DNA of 64,000 nucleotides from Eledone cirrhosa (taxonomy: Eukaryota). Positions 1 to 17,228 of this stretch are shown in pieces. The notes beneath the pieces are model-generated. The model saw only the letters and a list, made by a program, of their open reading frames with translations. It had not been told where the DNA came from and made no database searches. The stretch spans positions 55,552,001 to 55,616,000 of the forward strand of contig OZ024746.1 of assembly GCA_964016885.1 (NCBI GenBank), given 5' to 3'. How positions within the stretch are numbered: the stretch's first letter is position 1; each line of letters starts with the position of its first letter. The position numbers and the translations under genes were made by a program.

Positions 1-491
1 TCAAATCTATCCTCTAATAAAGATATATTCTACGCTAATACCAATTACTATAATAATGCGCTTTCCAAAGTGATAAAATTAAATACAGTAAGGAAACCAA
101 TCATCGGAGGTCTTATAGTAAAATAGTTAATTATGAACATTCCAATAACTTAAATAAAAGACCTAGATACAAAAATATAATTTGGTATAATGCTCCTTTT
201 TATCTATCTATTAATAATAATATTGCTAAACTATTCTTTAGGGCCTTAGATAAATGCTTCCCTCCCTCACATATCTATAGTAAAATCTTTGACAAACATA
301 CAATCAAATTTTCTTTTTCCACCACTTCCAGCATTTCTAACATTATCTCTAAACACAACAATAAAATATTAAATAATAAATTACATCCTTCCAACACCGA
401 GCGTCATAATAATAGCAACAGTAATCTCGACGTCATTGTTAACTCTAGGCTTGATTCTGTAAATTTAAATACGACGTCAAACGTAACTTCG

Positions 492-1052
492 ATGAATGTT
501 CACAATACCAATCTAAATCAGGAAACTATAGTTCCTATCGTAAATAACTTCTCCAATCCAATTCCTTCTATAAATAATACTAGGTCACTTGTTAATAACT
601 CTGTTAATTTCTCTAATCGTAATTGTAATTGCCCTGTTAGAAATAAATGTCCTCTTAATAACCAATGTCTTGATAAAAACTTAGTGTATGAATGTAAGGT
701 TATAACTGATACTAATTATTTTACCTATTTCGGTTCCACTTCCACTTCCTGTAAAGCTAGATTTTATAATAAAAAATCGTATTTTAAATACCAACTTAAA
801 AGAATCAACACGGCACTCTCGGAACTCATATGGTCCTTAAAAGGCAAAAATATTAACTGTAACATCCCTTGGAGGAAGGTTTGCACCGCCTTTCTTTACA
901 TGAATTCTTCCTTATCCAGAACATGTAATCTCTGTCTAGCCGAGAAATTTACCATTATATCTAATATCAATTATATAAAAAATAGACGCACGGATTTATT
1001 TTCGCTCTGCTTGCATAAATCCCATAGAACATTCCATAAAGTATACAGCTAA
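492..1052 (+). pseudogene. PLE GIY-YIG endonuclease domain remnant
   Basis: CNCPVRNKCPLNNQC zinc-knuckle-like motif, VY..YFG GIY-YIG variant, CxxC and CxH C-terminal motifs. Confidence 0.85.
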
Positions 1053-1369
1053 TATCTCAATACCTAATTAGTTTAACATCTTTTTTCTCAAAGGCTTTTA
1101 TATTTTTTACAAATATACCCATCTGTCTACCTTATTTCAGTATTATATATTATATAATACAATTTACTCATTCTATGTCGTTATGATCCCCTATCTTTCT
1201 TCTCTTTTCTTTTTATCATTTCCCTTTCTTCCTTTTATCTTTTTTAATTTCTAATCTCTAATCTGTTCTTTTTCTTCCCTATTATTTTTCAAGTCATATT
1301 ATTACTCACTACAGCGTTATCCATTTTTCCATTTTCCTCATATTATTGGCCATTAAAACTATATTTTTT

Positions 1370-1740
1370 AAATATATTATAATATTAACATTAGAAGATT
1401 TTCGTACACATATATACTTTTTGACGTTAGATATTTTTTCTTCCTTAAATTTTTCTTTTTTCTTCTCTCCTTCCGTGCTCGTTTTAAACCTACTATTTAC
1501 TTTTACTTTTACATATTACAATACATAAAAACAAACTTAAACTCTAACTAATTCCTTTTTTAATAAATTATAATATTGCCATTAGAAAATGTTCGTAAAC
1601 ATATATACTTTTTAACTTTATATATTTTTCCTCCTTAAACTTTCTTTTTTCTTCTATCCTTCCGTGCTCGTTTTAAACCTATTATTTACGTTTACATATT
1701 ACAATACATAAAAACAAACTTAAACCCTAGCTAATTCCTC
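1370..1740 (+). repeat. Tandem duplication (~190-bp unit x2) within PLE 3' UTR
   Basis: ccttccgtgctcgttttaaaccta...tacatattacaatacataaaaacaaacttaaa occurs twice about 190 bp apart. Confidence 0.85.
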
Positions 1741-2244
1741 TAAGTTCATAATTCATGTATTCTTCTCCTTTTTCACATTATATCCTTAACATTATTAATA
1801 TTTAAATTTAAATAATAGATATTAATAAACTCTTTTGTCGCATATATTATTAAACCCTTCAATATACAAACCTTAATTTAATACTATTCTTAACTAATTT
1901 TTCTTCATGCATGAACCTCATTAACTTTTAATTTCATAATCTTTTAAATTAGCTATTATCTTCCAACGGTTTTTTAATTTCTCTCTGTGAGACAATGTTT
2001 TCTCAGTTATAAAGTCTATTTTACTCTCTCTATCACTCATTTCTCCTCCTCTCTCACCCTTCCTTCTTATACTCCTCCCCCACCATCCTTTATTTTTCTT
2101 TCTTCCTCTTCCTTACATTTTCTACCCCCCACCCCCTCTCATTTTTTCCCAATCTCATATATCCATCTTAGTTTATTTTTCATATGTTGATTTAAAACTT
2201 CACTGCTCACAACTGTTTTTTTATGCTTCATATCATGTCTCCCT

Positions 2245-2275
2245 ATTTTATCTGATGAGACCGCATAATAAAATA
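2245..2275 (+). ncRNA. Partially deleted hammerhead ribozyme motif
   Basis: ttttat-CTGATGA-gaccgc...ataaaa keeps stem I and the first core strand but lacks GAAA; sits at the PLE 3' end. Confidence 0.4.
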
Positions 2276-2305
2276 CTTGGAACTCTTTTAACCATCTTTT
2301 GTTCT

Positions 2306-2385
2306 TATATATATATATATACATATACACATATGCATACATACATACACATACACATAAACACACACACATATATATATGTATA

Positions 2386-2417
<32 letters not shown>

Positions 2418-2422
2418 TATAT

Positions 2423-2483
<61 letters not shown>

Positions 2484-2593
2484 TATTTGTGTATGTGTGT
2501 ATATATATATGTTTATGTGTATATATATATGTGCATATATTTATATATGTGTATGTGTGTGTATATGTATGCGTGTATATATATATATATATA
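2306..2593. repeat. Compound (TA)n/(CA)n/(TG)n microsatellite
   Basis: Direct reading. Confidence 0.95.
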
Positions 2594-5084
<2,491 letters not shown>

Positions 5085-5184
5085 TATATATACATATGTA
5101 TGATGCATGTCTACCTGTATGTGTATATATATGTGTGTGTATCTATGTAGGGGTTGTGTATATGTATATATACAATTCGAATGC

Positions 5185-6412
5185 ACTCTGTTATAAAGGT
5201 TTCTTACGGTTTATGCTAAACAAAATTATATAATAACGGTCACAACTACATAACAGGTGGATTTATTAGATGTAAAATTTATAAAATTTATAAAATTATA
5301 ACTTACTATTAAATAATATAAGATTTGTATAATCTTAAATTTCCTTTATTATCTTAACATTTATAACATTTAATATAAGTTAATAACTTAATTTCCTTCA
5401 CGCTGTTTTGCTATTACATAGAAATGATTTTTCTCCGATTTTTTCTCCGATATCTCCGAAAAATCTATAAGTTGAGAAAAATTCCTATATCTTAGACATA
5501 AAAAATCTTTTATTGTATGTATATATATGTATGTCTATGTATATACATATATATATGTATATGTATATATATATATGTGTGTGTGTATATATAAGAATAT
5601 ATTCTTTTAATAATATATAGGTTTTAGTAATATATAGTTTTAATAATATATAGATTTTAATAATATATAGATCTCAATTTTAATGTATAGATCTCAATAA
5701 TTTAATTGATAATTTAATTGATAAACTAAACATTTAATCATATCTAAACACTGGATGAAATTCTCCAGTTATTATTATTTATTTATTTCCTATTCACGCT
5801 TATTTATTCTTCATAACTCATCCAATAAATATTTATTTTTTCACTTCATCTTATATGCATATAAGACCTTGCCGCACATTAATCTTATATAAATAAGACA
5901 CACGTGCATGCCCCACGTGTAACTATTGCATACACTAACTACTTCAAACTATTCTCTTGCATTATCTTCGTAAACTGCCGATGTTGTATTTTAACTTTAA
6001 TTTTGTTTTAATTTTCTTTTAATATGATTTTAATTTTTGAATGTAAATTGCCATGCTAAAATATTATAATGGATGTCTCCCCACTGTACATCGATATATA
6101 CATATGTTTCTGGATGTCTCTTATGTTGGAAAGGAGGTCATGTATGTAAACAATCGTTGAAAAATTGCTCCGAAGAACCCAAACCTCGGTTTGGACGAAA
6201 CAGTTGTAAGCTAATAAATGGTTTGAACATAACTTTGATTCATGTGATTTCTATATAACTGCTCGGTAGAACAACTGATGTTATTACATTGAGCTATTTA
6301 TCTTACTGGTAATAAGGTAGCAATAAATTACGGTCTTTCACTGTTTAGGGTTTAAAATATATATAACTATAAACAGTTTTAGTATATACATAACCATAAA
6401 TAGTATCCTTAA

Positions 6413-6415
<3 letters not shown>
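5185..6415 (+). mobile_element. PLE 3' UTR/pLTR fragment related to the 43637-46313 element
   Basis: Hammerhead with similar flanks (aattgc..GAAAC..gctaataaa) and shared downstream attacattgagctat; ends at (TA)n; 5' boundary uncertain. Confidence 0.6.
6164..6215 (+). ncRNA. Type I hammerhead ribozyme (core variant CCGAAGA)
   Basis: ttgct-CCGAAGA-[ccaaacc tc ggtttgg]-GAAA-cagttg-TA-agctaa; near-palindromic stem III; AATAAA follows at 6213. Confidence 0.75.
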
Positions 6416-6870
<455 letters not shown>

Positions 6871-7086
6871 AATGTGTCTGTTGACACCTGGAATATAGCT
6901 TAAGAGAAACTTAAGAAGAAGGAGTGGCCCCCCATTCTGAACTTGTTTATAGAATTATTTCTGACTTTGTCACTCTAAATGTAAATTATAGCTTTAAAGA
7001 ATTAGCCTTTACTGAATTCCCTTTTCTATCAACCAATGACTTCTACCCATCCCACTCCCCACCCTCTCTTACTCCCTGAAAAGACC

Positions 7087-7094
7087 TATAAATA
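7087..7094 (+). promoter_or_regulatory. Candidate TATA box of a pLTR
   Basis: TATAAATA about 30 nt upstream of the hammerhead at 7117. Confidence 0.3.
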
Positions 7095-7116
7095 CAACAT
7101 TTATTTTTGGATAGAC

Positions 7117-7167
7117 AGATTTCTGATGATTTCTAAAAAATGAAACTGTTCTAGTGCTGTAGAATCT
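7117..7167 (+). ncRNA. Type I hammerhead ribozyme in a short PLE 3' fragment (~6885-7183)
   Basis: agattt-CTGATGA-tttctaaaaaat-GAAA-c..g-TA-gaatct; stem I pairs 6/6 including one G-U. Confidence 0.75.
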
Positions 7168-7499
7168 CATCTATATTAAAACTATATATATATATATATA
7201 TATATATTTATTAAAATAACAGATTAAAGTTTAAGCAAAGAATCGTTGCTTTCACCCTTAACGGGATCTTCTGAAACTAATAAAGTCAATCTGTAAACGC
7301 AGAAGTGGATATTTCATAAAAAACGTTGCAACCGGAGGAAGACAGGAAGACGATACTTTGGTTCGTGGAAACGTTAGCTGGCAAAGAACGGGAAAAAACG
7401 AATATAATACGTCACTAATAGGAGCGGTGAAAAACTTGATATATATTTATCCTTATCGAGCCCTCTTTGGATTTTTGTCTTCAAATTTATTATTATTAC

Positions 7500-7538
<39 letters not shown>

Positions 7539-7753
7539 ATGTATGTGTGTGTTTGTGTAATTATATATATATAGCTTAATGTGTTTAACCTTATGTCACT
7601 GTTTGTGTTGTCCTATGACATTTTCTTTATTTCATTTCAAAATTGCTCCTATCTCCTAATATTGTGTTTATGGCTTACCAAATATTCCATGTAAATATCA
7701 CGTAACTCAATAGAAGGTCAGATTAACATAATAGGTGAATTTGAGGTTAGAGT

Positions 7754-7990
7754 TCAGATCCTTTTCATGTCACACTTGTATTCCTTTCTATAGGAGTTGG
7801 TAGAAATATACCATTCCAACTGTGGTGAATTTTTAGCTTCCTTGCATAAACTGTGAGAGATGATGCGGTGCTGCTTCATTTCCAACTCTGTACGTCTTGA
7901 GTTTAAATCACACTGCCTCTCCCTCATGTTTCTCGTGGAAAATAATTGGCATAAAAATGAGATCATGAACATCTACAAAATACCACTTTA
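7754..7990 (-). pseudogene. Possible decayed C-terminus of a CR1/L2-type LINE ORF2
   Basis: TRNMRERQCDL..LEMKQHRIISHSLCKEAKNSP loosely follows the RGH..L..R..FS.R...WN.LP pattern. Confidence 0.25.
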
Positions 7991-8194
7991 AAATGTTCAT
8001 GACATTTTCTATAGTTCTCTCAGCTGGAATAACGATTAGAATACCGGGCAGTATCACATGTTAGAGCAACTGCCAAGATTTCTGTACGGTTTCTTTTCGA
8101 GTATTAAATCATTTCACTTCACTTACTCCGTTAATCAATCTTATAGATCAATATGGCTGTTACAATTTCACTTTCATTCTTTGAAATACAGTTC

Positions 8195-8269
<75 letters not shown>

Positions 8270-8475
8270 ATTATTTCTGAAGACGGCATATATGTGTGTT
8301 TGGTATGTATATTTAATCTTGATAGTTTGTATAATTTTGTATAATTTTGTACATAGATCTGTTGAATATGCATGCCAATTCTAACACATATATATCCTAG
8401 AAACGATCGTTAAATAATGAACTTTTTTTGTTTAATATAAGGAACTGTTTCATTGTTTTATTCATTATTTTTTTA

Positions 8476-8518
<43 letters not shown>

Positions 8519-9395
8519 TATATGTAGACACCTAGACAAATTGACATTTCAAAAAAATATATTGTTATAGGCATAAAATAATCATCACATAGATATAGAA
8601 TCTCAGTAATGAGGAGGATTGATACTAAATCGATATTGAGGGTGCGGGTTTAGTAGTTTCAACTGTAGATGCATCTTGTGAATTAATGCGCTAAGTATTC
8701 CATAGGAACCTACATATTTATCGTCCTAATCGGGTCATTAATAATTGAGTAAAATAAATAGAATTTATTAAAATTTAATTTACAGTGCATAGACTTTTAC
8801 CAAAATTACCAACGGTGGCGGTGTTTGACAAAAAAAACTTTGGAAACCGTAGCATTGTACCAAATGTAGAGTGCAGGAGAGCAACTTAGTTTTGAGATGA
8901 CGGTGACCATAAAGGTGGAAGTGTCGATATCCGGAACAGGCATTTTATTTCACATTTCGCAAGTTCACTGTGATAGAAAAAAATAGTTGTACCCGTATTT
9001 CTGAGAGCCAAGTTTTTCATATGTATGAGTTGAATCTCCCTGAGAGTTACGCTGATGGTAAATATATATGTTGAATACTAAGTCACTTGAACGTTAATTG
9101 CATGAGAAGCACCTTGTTCAAGCAACGAGAATATTCCCCGACAGAACAGATGTAGTCGCAAAACCTATTGCGTGCGGTTAAGTGAACTAACGCGGCTTGT
9201 TTAATTTTCTGTAAAGATGTATATTCACAGATTCTAAAAAAAATAGTTTGAAAAATACTATAGAGTCAGCTAAAACACACTTATACATACATTGATGCAT
9301 ACAAACAAACATGCATGCATATATATATGTATATATACACACATATATACGTATACAGCAAGCACTCTTATATATATAAATATATATATATATAT

Positions 9396-10027
9396 ACGAT
9401 ATTAAACAAATGGAAACTATATTTATAAAACCATATTTATTTCATTATAGATATTTCGGGGATACCATACTAAAAATATGGCATGCCTTCTTCAGATAAA
9501 ATACAATATATAGATAGTTTTATAAATGATTTTGACGTATCATAAATATTGACCAACCGTTATGTAAAAAGCTGGTTTGGTAGTGAGATGTTTATAAAAA
9601 TTTAGTGTTAAGCACAGTTAAAAAGAAAGACGGAGAAAGAGAAGAATTGTATGTAAAGAAAAACAGAGAGAAATAGAGAGAGATAGGGGAGAGAGAAATA
9701 GTGAGGAGGTGAAAAAAGAGTCAACTGAGGCAACAGATGAATAATAATAATAATTCATCATACAAATTGAGAGATTTAGGAGGGAGGGAGTACTGTAATT
9801 ATTTAGTTATAGTGTTAAGGACAGTTGGGGAGGAGGCGGAGAGAGATAAAAAAAATGAAGAGAAAACAGAGAGAGAGAAAGATAGAGGTGGGGGGAAAAA
9901 GAGGTAGACCAAATAATAATTATTATATATGGGGAGGTGAGAGAAATAGGAGAGAAATAAGAGAGAAAATAAGAGAGAAACTCGAGAGGCAAAGTTAAAA
10001 CAACCGATACATAGACTTCATCATATA
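9396..10027 (-). repeat. Inverted copy of the PLE 3' region (left arm), with antisense hammerhead at 9440-9501
   Basis: Near-identical reverse complement of 13172-13795. Confidence 0.95.
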
Positions 10028-10029
10028 AT

Positions 10030-12052
10030 TTCTATCATACAAGGAATCAAATTCAAGAGAAACTTCAAAGGCCAGGACTATCTAAGAAGCATTAAGGATA
10101 ATATTTAAGGATTGGAGAGAACAGAGAAGATCTTGGTGAAATCGGAAAAACCAACAACCTTTATGGAGTGCAAAAAGAAATGTATTATGGCCTTATATTG
10201 AAAGAACTAAGGAAAAAGAACAAGGTAGCAAATAAGGACGAACTGGAAAAAATGAATGTTGAGGCATCTTGTATAATGCATGAGTTGGACATTGAGAACA
10301 AAACACAACCCTTCTTGCCTAGGAAACCCAAGATCAATATGAAAGATCACAAAAGAAATTTTGAAAATGATTTGCCAGTCAGATTGATCGCACCATCAAA
10401 ATCTGACCTGGGTAAACTTAGCAAAAACATTCTAGACAGGGTGATACAGCAAATTAAAAACTTACATAATTTACCTAACTTAAGCTTATGGAAGGGGACC
10501 GGTGAGGTTATTGAGTGGTTTAAAGAAATTAAATATAACTAATAATAAATGTATTCAACTTTTTGTGCTAAATATAACTAATAATAAATGTATTCAACTA
10601 TTGCTAACTACTATTCATCCATTACCCCTAATCTATGAATAAGGCACTAAATTACGCATTCAAACATACAGACCTAACTAGGAATGAAATGCACATTATA
10701 TTATCGGCAAGGAAAACATTGATAGAATTTAATAACCAACTATGGACTAGGGCAGATAGAGATAATAATTTCGACATCACTATGGGATCATCTGACTCAG
10801 CTCAGGTAACGGACCTTGTGGGCCTATTTATAATTAATTCGCTGCATAGAAAAATACCTGGTGTAACCGCAGGGTTATATCGTGATGACAAGCTTTTACT
10901 TATTGAAAATAATAACTCTGAACTAAATAGAAAAAGAAAACAAATTATACAATTTTTTAATTACCTTAATCTAAAAATAGAAATAGAGAATAACCATAGA
11001 ATAGTCAATTTCCTAGATGTAACACTAAATCTCATCACATGTCTTCACTATCCATTTCACAAACTAAATGAAAACTTGAATTATGTCAATTTTAACTCTA
11101 ATCACCCCAGATCTGTTAAAAATACTATAGTGAACTCTGTTCAAGAACGTATTTCAAGAATTTCATCTAATAAAAATATTTTCGACGAAAAAGCGCAGTA
11201 TTACAATGAAGCGTTAGCTAGAGCAGGATATAGTGATAAAATTAAGTACATCGATAATAATAGGCAAACTAACCAAAATAATAACAATTTTAATTACGGT
11301 AACAACTTTAACAACTATAATAGAAAATATTACAATAATTCCAAAAGCCGGAAAAGAAATAGAACTAGATATATAATATGGTTTGCCCCCCCCCCCCCTT
11401 TCTCACTAAATATTAAAACCCACATTGCTAAACTATTTGTTAATGCTCTTGACAAACGCTTCCCTAGAACACATAAATATCACTCAATTTTTAATAGACA
11501 TACTATAAAATTAACCTACTCGTCCACCAAAAATTTAGCACAAAATATTAACAGAATAAATAATAGGAATCTAAAACCTAGCCAAAATACCGATAATGGC
11601 CAAAACAATATTCAATTAAACAACTGTAACTGTAGAAATAAATCTAAATGTCCGTTAAATAACAATTGCTTAGTTAAAAATATAATATACAATTGTAATG
11701 TTAAAACTAACTTAAATTCTTTAACTATGTTGGTTCCACCTCGACAGAATTTAAACTTCGCTACAATAATCATAAGAATTCTTTCACAGACCCAAACAAA
11801 AAATCTTCAACTTCACTATGAAGCTTACTCTGGCAACTTAAACATGATAACGTTGGGTATTCGATGTTTTGGAATATTGTCTCAAAAGGGATTCCTTTTA
11901 ATTCCTCATCTGAGACATGTGAACTCTGTGTGGAGGAGATATTCTTTATATTAAAATCCAAAAATTCCCTTAATTTAAGGAGCAATTTATTCAGTTGCTG
12001 CAGGCATAGATTGAACTCAACGTTTAAATATAAATATAAATTTAAAATGTAG
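10030..12052 (+). pseudogene. PLE reverse transcriptase-GIY-YIG polyprotein, frameshifted
   Basis: KDHK..RLIAPSKSDLGKLSK, FDITMGSSDSAQVTDLVGL, GLYRDD, NFLDVTLNL, SNHP, CNC..CPL..C, CELC, CCRH in ORFs 10168-10542, 10635-11954 and 11864-12052. Confidence 0.93.
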
Positions 12053-13689
12053 TATAATTAATTAGGATATTTAATTAATGTATGAAACCTGACGATAAAT
12101 CTTTCGATTCCTTCAACCTTTTCTTTTAAACCTTCTTCATAAATATATACTAATGATGTAATTAAACTACCCTATAATGTAGATGCTCCCAATCTATTGA
12201 ATACATTTTACGCTAGATAAACTCCTATACTAAATATAAGAGCATCCGTAGAACAACAGGGTCTCCTAAATCCTTTAAATCATTTCTGCTGAATAAGTTT
12301 TGTTGAATAATTTTTGTTTTTTTTTGTTTGCTTTTTGATTCTGATTGCTTCTAATGAACTTGGCAATATATTGTCAGATAAATTGGAAGGGTAGATTTCT
12401 GTGGTTGATATAGGGGGCATACTGTGTTTTTTATGGCCCGAGATACTCTAGGGAGTGATGAAAATATTTTTAAACGTTTTGATATCTCTGTGCTGATATA
12501 TTGATATCTGGTTGTCTCTGTACAAAGGCCAAATGTATTAATCTGCATATGGAATGATTACAGAGTATATCTTATCTGTTTATTTTATCTGTCCATGTAC
12601 ATATATGTGTGCATACATATATATATATATGTATGTGTGGGTATAGTTCTGGATATGTTACAGATATGCATAATATTCTATACATGAACGATAATCATGT
12701 ATGTGAGGGCAAGAATATTAATATATTTTTATGTATATATATATAATAAAATCTTTTATAACACAAAAGAAAAAAAAAATGTTCTGTGTAACAAGAAATT
12801 ACAGAGTTGATCACGTAAAGTCATGGGTATGTCTATAGTATCAACTAGAACTTGATATGACCTTCTCTTTTTCACTTTCTTTCCTATTCCGGAAACTGCA
12901 TATGCATGTATATATATATTTCCGTTTTTTTTTGAAGTTTTATCTCAGTTTTGGTACATCGACCTCAGAATTTTAAGCTAAACATATGGTCATTGTTGAG
13001 CAAAATTATTTTCACACATTATATATCTATGTCTCATTCATGAATATTGATATTTACATTATATTACCCAATTCATATGAATTGATAATTCAAATTGATA
13101 TGACATAACGTAAAGATGTAAATCTATCATCCCTCTCTCTAGATATAGCTCTTTCTTCTCCTCCCTCTTTATATATGATGAAGTCTATGTATCGGTTGTT
13201 TTAACTTTGCCTCTCGAGTTTCTCTCTTATTTTTTCTCTCTTATTTCTCTCCTATTTCTCTCACCTCCCCATATATAATTATTATTATTTGGTCTACCTC
13301 TTTTTTCACCCCCACCTCTATCTTACTCTCTCTCTGTTTCCTCTTCATTTTGTTATCTCTCTCCGCCTCCTCCCCAACTGTCCTTAACACTATAACTAAA
13401 TAATGACAGTACTCCCTCCCTCCTAAATCTCTCAATTTGTATGATGAATTATTATTATTATTCATCTGTTGCCTCAGCTGATCTTTTTTCACCTCCTCAC
13501 TATTTCTCTCTCCCCTATCTCTCTCTGTTTTTCTTTACATACAATTCTTTTCTTTCTCCGTCTTTCTTTTTAACTGTGCTTAACACTAAATTTTTATAAA
13601 CATCTCACTACCAAACCAGCTTTTTACATAACGGTTGGTCAATATTTATGATACGTCAAAATTATTTATAAATCTGTCTATATATTGTA

Positions 13690-13751
13690 TTTTATCTGAA
13701 GAAGGCATGCCATATTTTTAATATGGTATCCCCGAAATATGTATAATGAAA
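13690..13751 (+). ncRNA. Type I hammerhead ribozyme with intact core
   Basis: ttttat-CTGAAGA-[long stem II atgccatatt tt aatatggtat]-GAAA-tatgta-TA-atgaaa. Confidence 0.85.
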
Positions 13752-13880
13752 TAAATATGGTTTTATAAATATAGTTTCCATTTGTTTAATATCGTATATC
13801 TACTCCAAAACTTGTCGAGTGCTTTATATCAGTTATAAAATATTTACTTGTTGTAACCCAACAATTTTATATTAAAATTT

Positions 13881-14692
<812 letters not shown>

Positions 14693-14748
14693 TATATATA
14701 TATATATATCTGTATGTATATATCTGTACGTTTATGTGTACAGACACT

Positions 14749-14835
<87 letters not shown>

Positions 14836-15237
14836 TTGTGTCGGGGGTGGGGGGTAGTACACGAATATAAGCAAATATATATATACCATTATGCAACTAA
14901 TTATTCTTCTGATAGTAATTTAATTTTTAAATAGAATCTTATTAACAATTAATGCATTAAATTTAATTGTAAGAAACATAATCAACAACAACGAAAAGTT
15001 AAGATATATCAGCACATGTATGTATATATATCATCACCCTTATCATCATCATGATCATCATCATCAAAACATATTCACGTGAATGCTTCGTTATTTATCT
15101 CGAACTATTTGCCATGAGAATATACAATTAGATGGGAAAAATAATGTCTATAAAAGAAAACATCAATTCAAGCGATATTTTTTCATGAAATTAGCGATTA
15201 TAATTTCTAAGAATAATTGTTTGACTCCACATTGACT

Positions 15238-15382
<145 letters not shown>

Positions 15383-15861
15383 AAGAGAGAGAGAGAAAGA
15401 GAGTATACGCGCTTCAACAGTATTCTAATAAATACTGTCTGTACAGGAAATCAAAGTGTGTATACCTCTTTCGGGACACCCTCTCTCCCTCCCTCTCTCT
15501 CTCTCTCTCGCTCCCTCTCTCTCTCTATACATATATATATATATACATCTATATACATCGGGCTTACAACACATCCGTTCCTCAGATCTCCACACGATCC
15601 ACGATGGTAAGACTATTCCCCAACATGTATTACGCACACCCATTCTGGCATGTACATGCCTAGGTAGACACAGTGTATATGCACACGGAATCATGACTCT
15701 ACACGGGTATATACACCCTTAGCTGGTATCTCGGGCGTGAATCATTTTCCACATCCTTAGATCGATACAACCCAGTGACTGAAAGGGGTAAACGGAAATA
15801 ATTTAGAAGCCCGTCTCTTGGACGGTGTCAGCAATTCAATGCATCAGCCCACTCTCTCAGC

Positions 15862-16640
15862 CAGCGCTGCGAAATTTGTTTCTACACGTACAGAATCTGT
15901 TTTCAAAACGTATAGAATCTGACCAAAACGTACAGAATTTTACTAAATCCCCCAATTACAATCAAAAACACTCTTTTTATACATATTTTCGAAGTTAACA
16001 ACATTTATTAACAATTTAAACATAAGGGCATCAAAAAGAAACCTCATCTTCCTGAGCAGATTCTCTGTTGTATCAATTTTTTTCAAACAATTGTTTCTAC
16101 TTTTTGGCACAAGGCCATCAATTACCCAGTACATTACTAGTACTTTATTTTATCGACCCCGTAAGGATGAAATGTAAAGTTAACCTCGGCGGGATTTTTT
16201 TCAAATAATTGTTTCTATTTTAGGCACAAGGCCAGCAATTATCCAGTACATTACTGGTACTTTATTTTATCGACCTCGTAAGGATGAAAGGCAAAGTTAA
16301 CCTCGGCAGGATTTGAACTCAGATCGTAAAGGGACGTAACTATTCTGGAAAGCATGGCGTCCGACCCTCTACCGATACTGCCAATTCACCGCCCTAATTT
16401 TTTTCAAATAATGCTTTGCAAAGATGTTCATCGTGCTCCCACGTCGTGCAGTCGGCATGTCGTAACAAATATTTCGACCTAACAAGAGCGTTAATAGTGG
16501 AAGTTTTCAAACAATTTCGATTCTTTGTTTTAATAGAGTGGAGAACAGAGAATATGCGTCAAAACATGAATTTTATAAACCGATGGCAAGATCACTAAAA
16601 CGTACAGTTTTGTACGAACGTACAGTCATCGGCAGTGCTG
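15862..16640. mobile_element. Non-autonomous hAT-type DNA transposon
   Basis: TIRs cagcgctgcga / tcggcagtgctg; 8-bp TSD ctctcagc / ctcacagc; subterminal cgtacag repeats at both ends. Confidence 0.8.
16088..16395 (-). mobile_element. Two SINEs in tandem (truncated + full length) nested in the hAT element
   Basis: SINE matches at ~16088-16195 and ~16205-16395; target-like ttttttcaaaYaat present three times. Confidence 0.9.
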
Positions 16641-16849
16641 CTCACAGCCTCAAAACCTGTGAGAATTATGTCAAGGTATATAGGAGGTAGGAATGTTCTG
16701 CCAATTACACGTTAATTTGACAAACAGTGTCCTGTTGATCGAAATCTAGAACCTCAATGTCAATACCGACAGTGACCCGGAATGTTATATATTGTTATAG
16801 CACAGTCTATGTGCGTCAAATTTGTAGGGTCATTATAAAGGCGTCGGAT

Positions 16850-17228
16850 TAATAATTGTTTCCACTTTTGGTACAAGGGCTGCAATTACCCCAGTGAGTT
16901 ACTGGTACTTTATTTTAGCCACCCCGAAAGGATGAATGGCAAAGTTAACCTCGGTAGGATTTGAACTAATAACGTAAAGGACCATAACTCTATGCTGCAA
17001 AGCATGATATCTGACGCGCTACCGATACTGCTAATGTTGAATTAATAATTGTTTCTACTTTTGGCACAAGGCCGGATATTATCTCAGTGAATTACTGGTA
17101 TTTTATTTTATCGATCCGTTAAAGAATGAAAGGTACATTTAAGCTTGGACTGAATTTGAACCGAGGACGTAAATGGTCGTAACTCTATGCTGAAAAACAG
17201 CGTTCGACCCTCTACCGATACTGCCAAT
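16850..17228 (-). mobile_element. Two head-to-tail SINE copies
   Basis: SINE matches at ~16850-17035 and ~17042-17228. Confidence 0.88.

Larger units (their letters stand above)
1..2305 (+). mobile_element. Penelope-like retroelement (Naiad-type), 3' portion: RT thumb/linker + GIY-YIG endonuclease + long AT-rich 3' UTR
   Basis: Frameshifted IIWYNAPF..FPPSH..SKIF..HTIKFSFST motif near 170-330; ORF 492-1052 has CNC..CPL..C, LVYEC..YFG, CNLCLAEK and FSLCLH; ends at (TA)n at ~2306; runs off the window's left edge. Confidence 0.9.
9396..13884 (+). mobile_element. Naiad-type PLE with inverted ~630-bp terminal repeats and an ~88-nt single-copy 3' tail
   Basis: Pseudo-ORF 10030-12052; 9396-10027 is the reverse complement of 13172-13795; (TA)n on both sides. 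Confidence 0.95.

Noticed and set aside
10531-10599. Short direct duplications inside PLE ORFs (also 3545-3600)
   Set aside because: Ordinary slippage or repair duplications that disrupt the frame; no sign of function.
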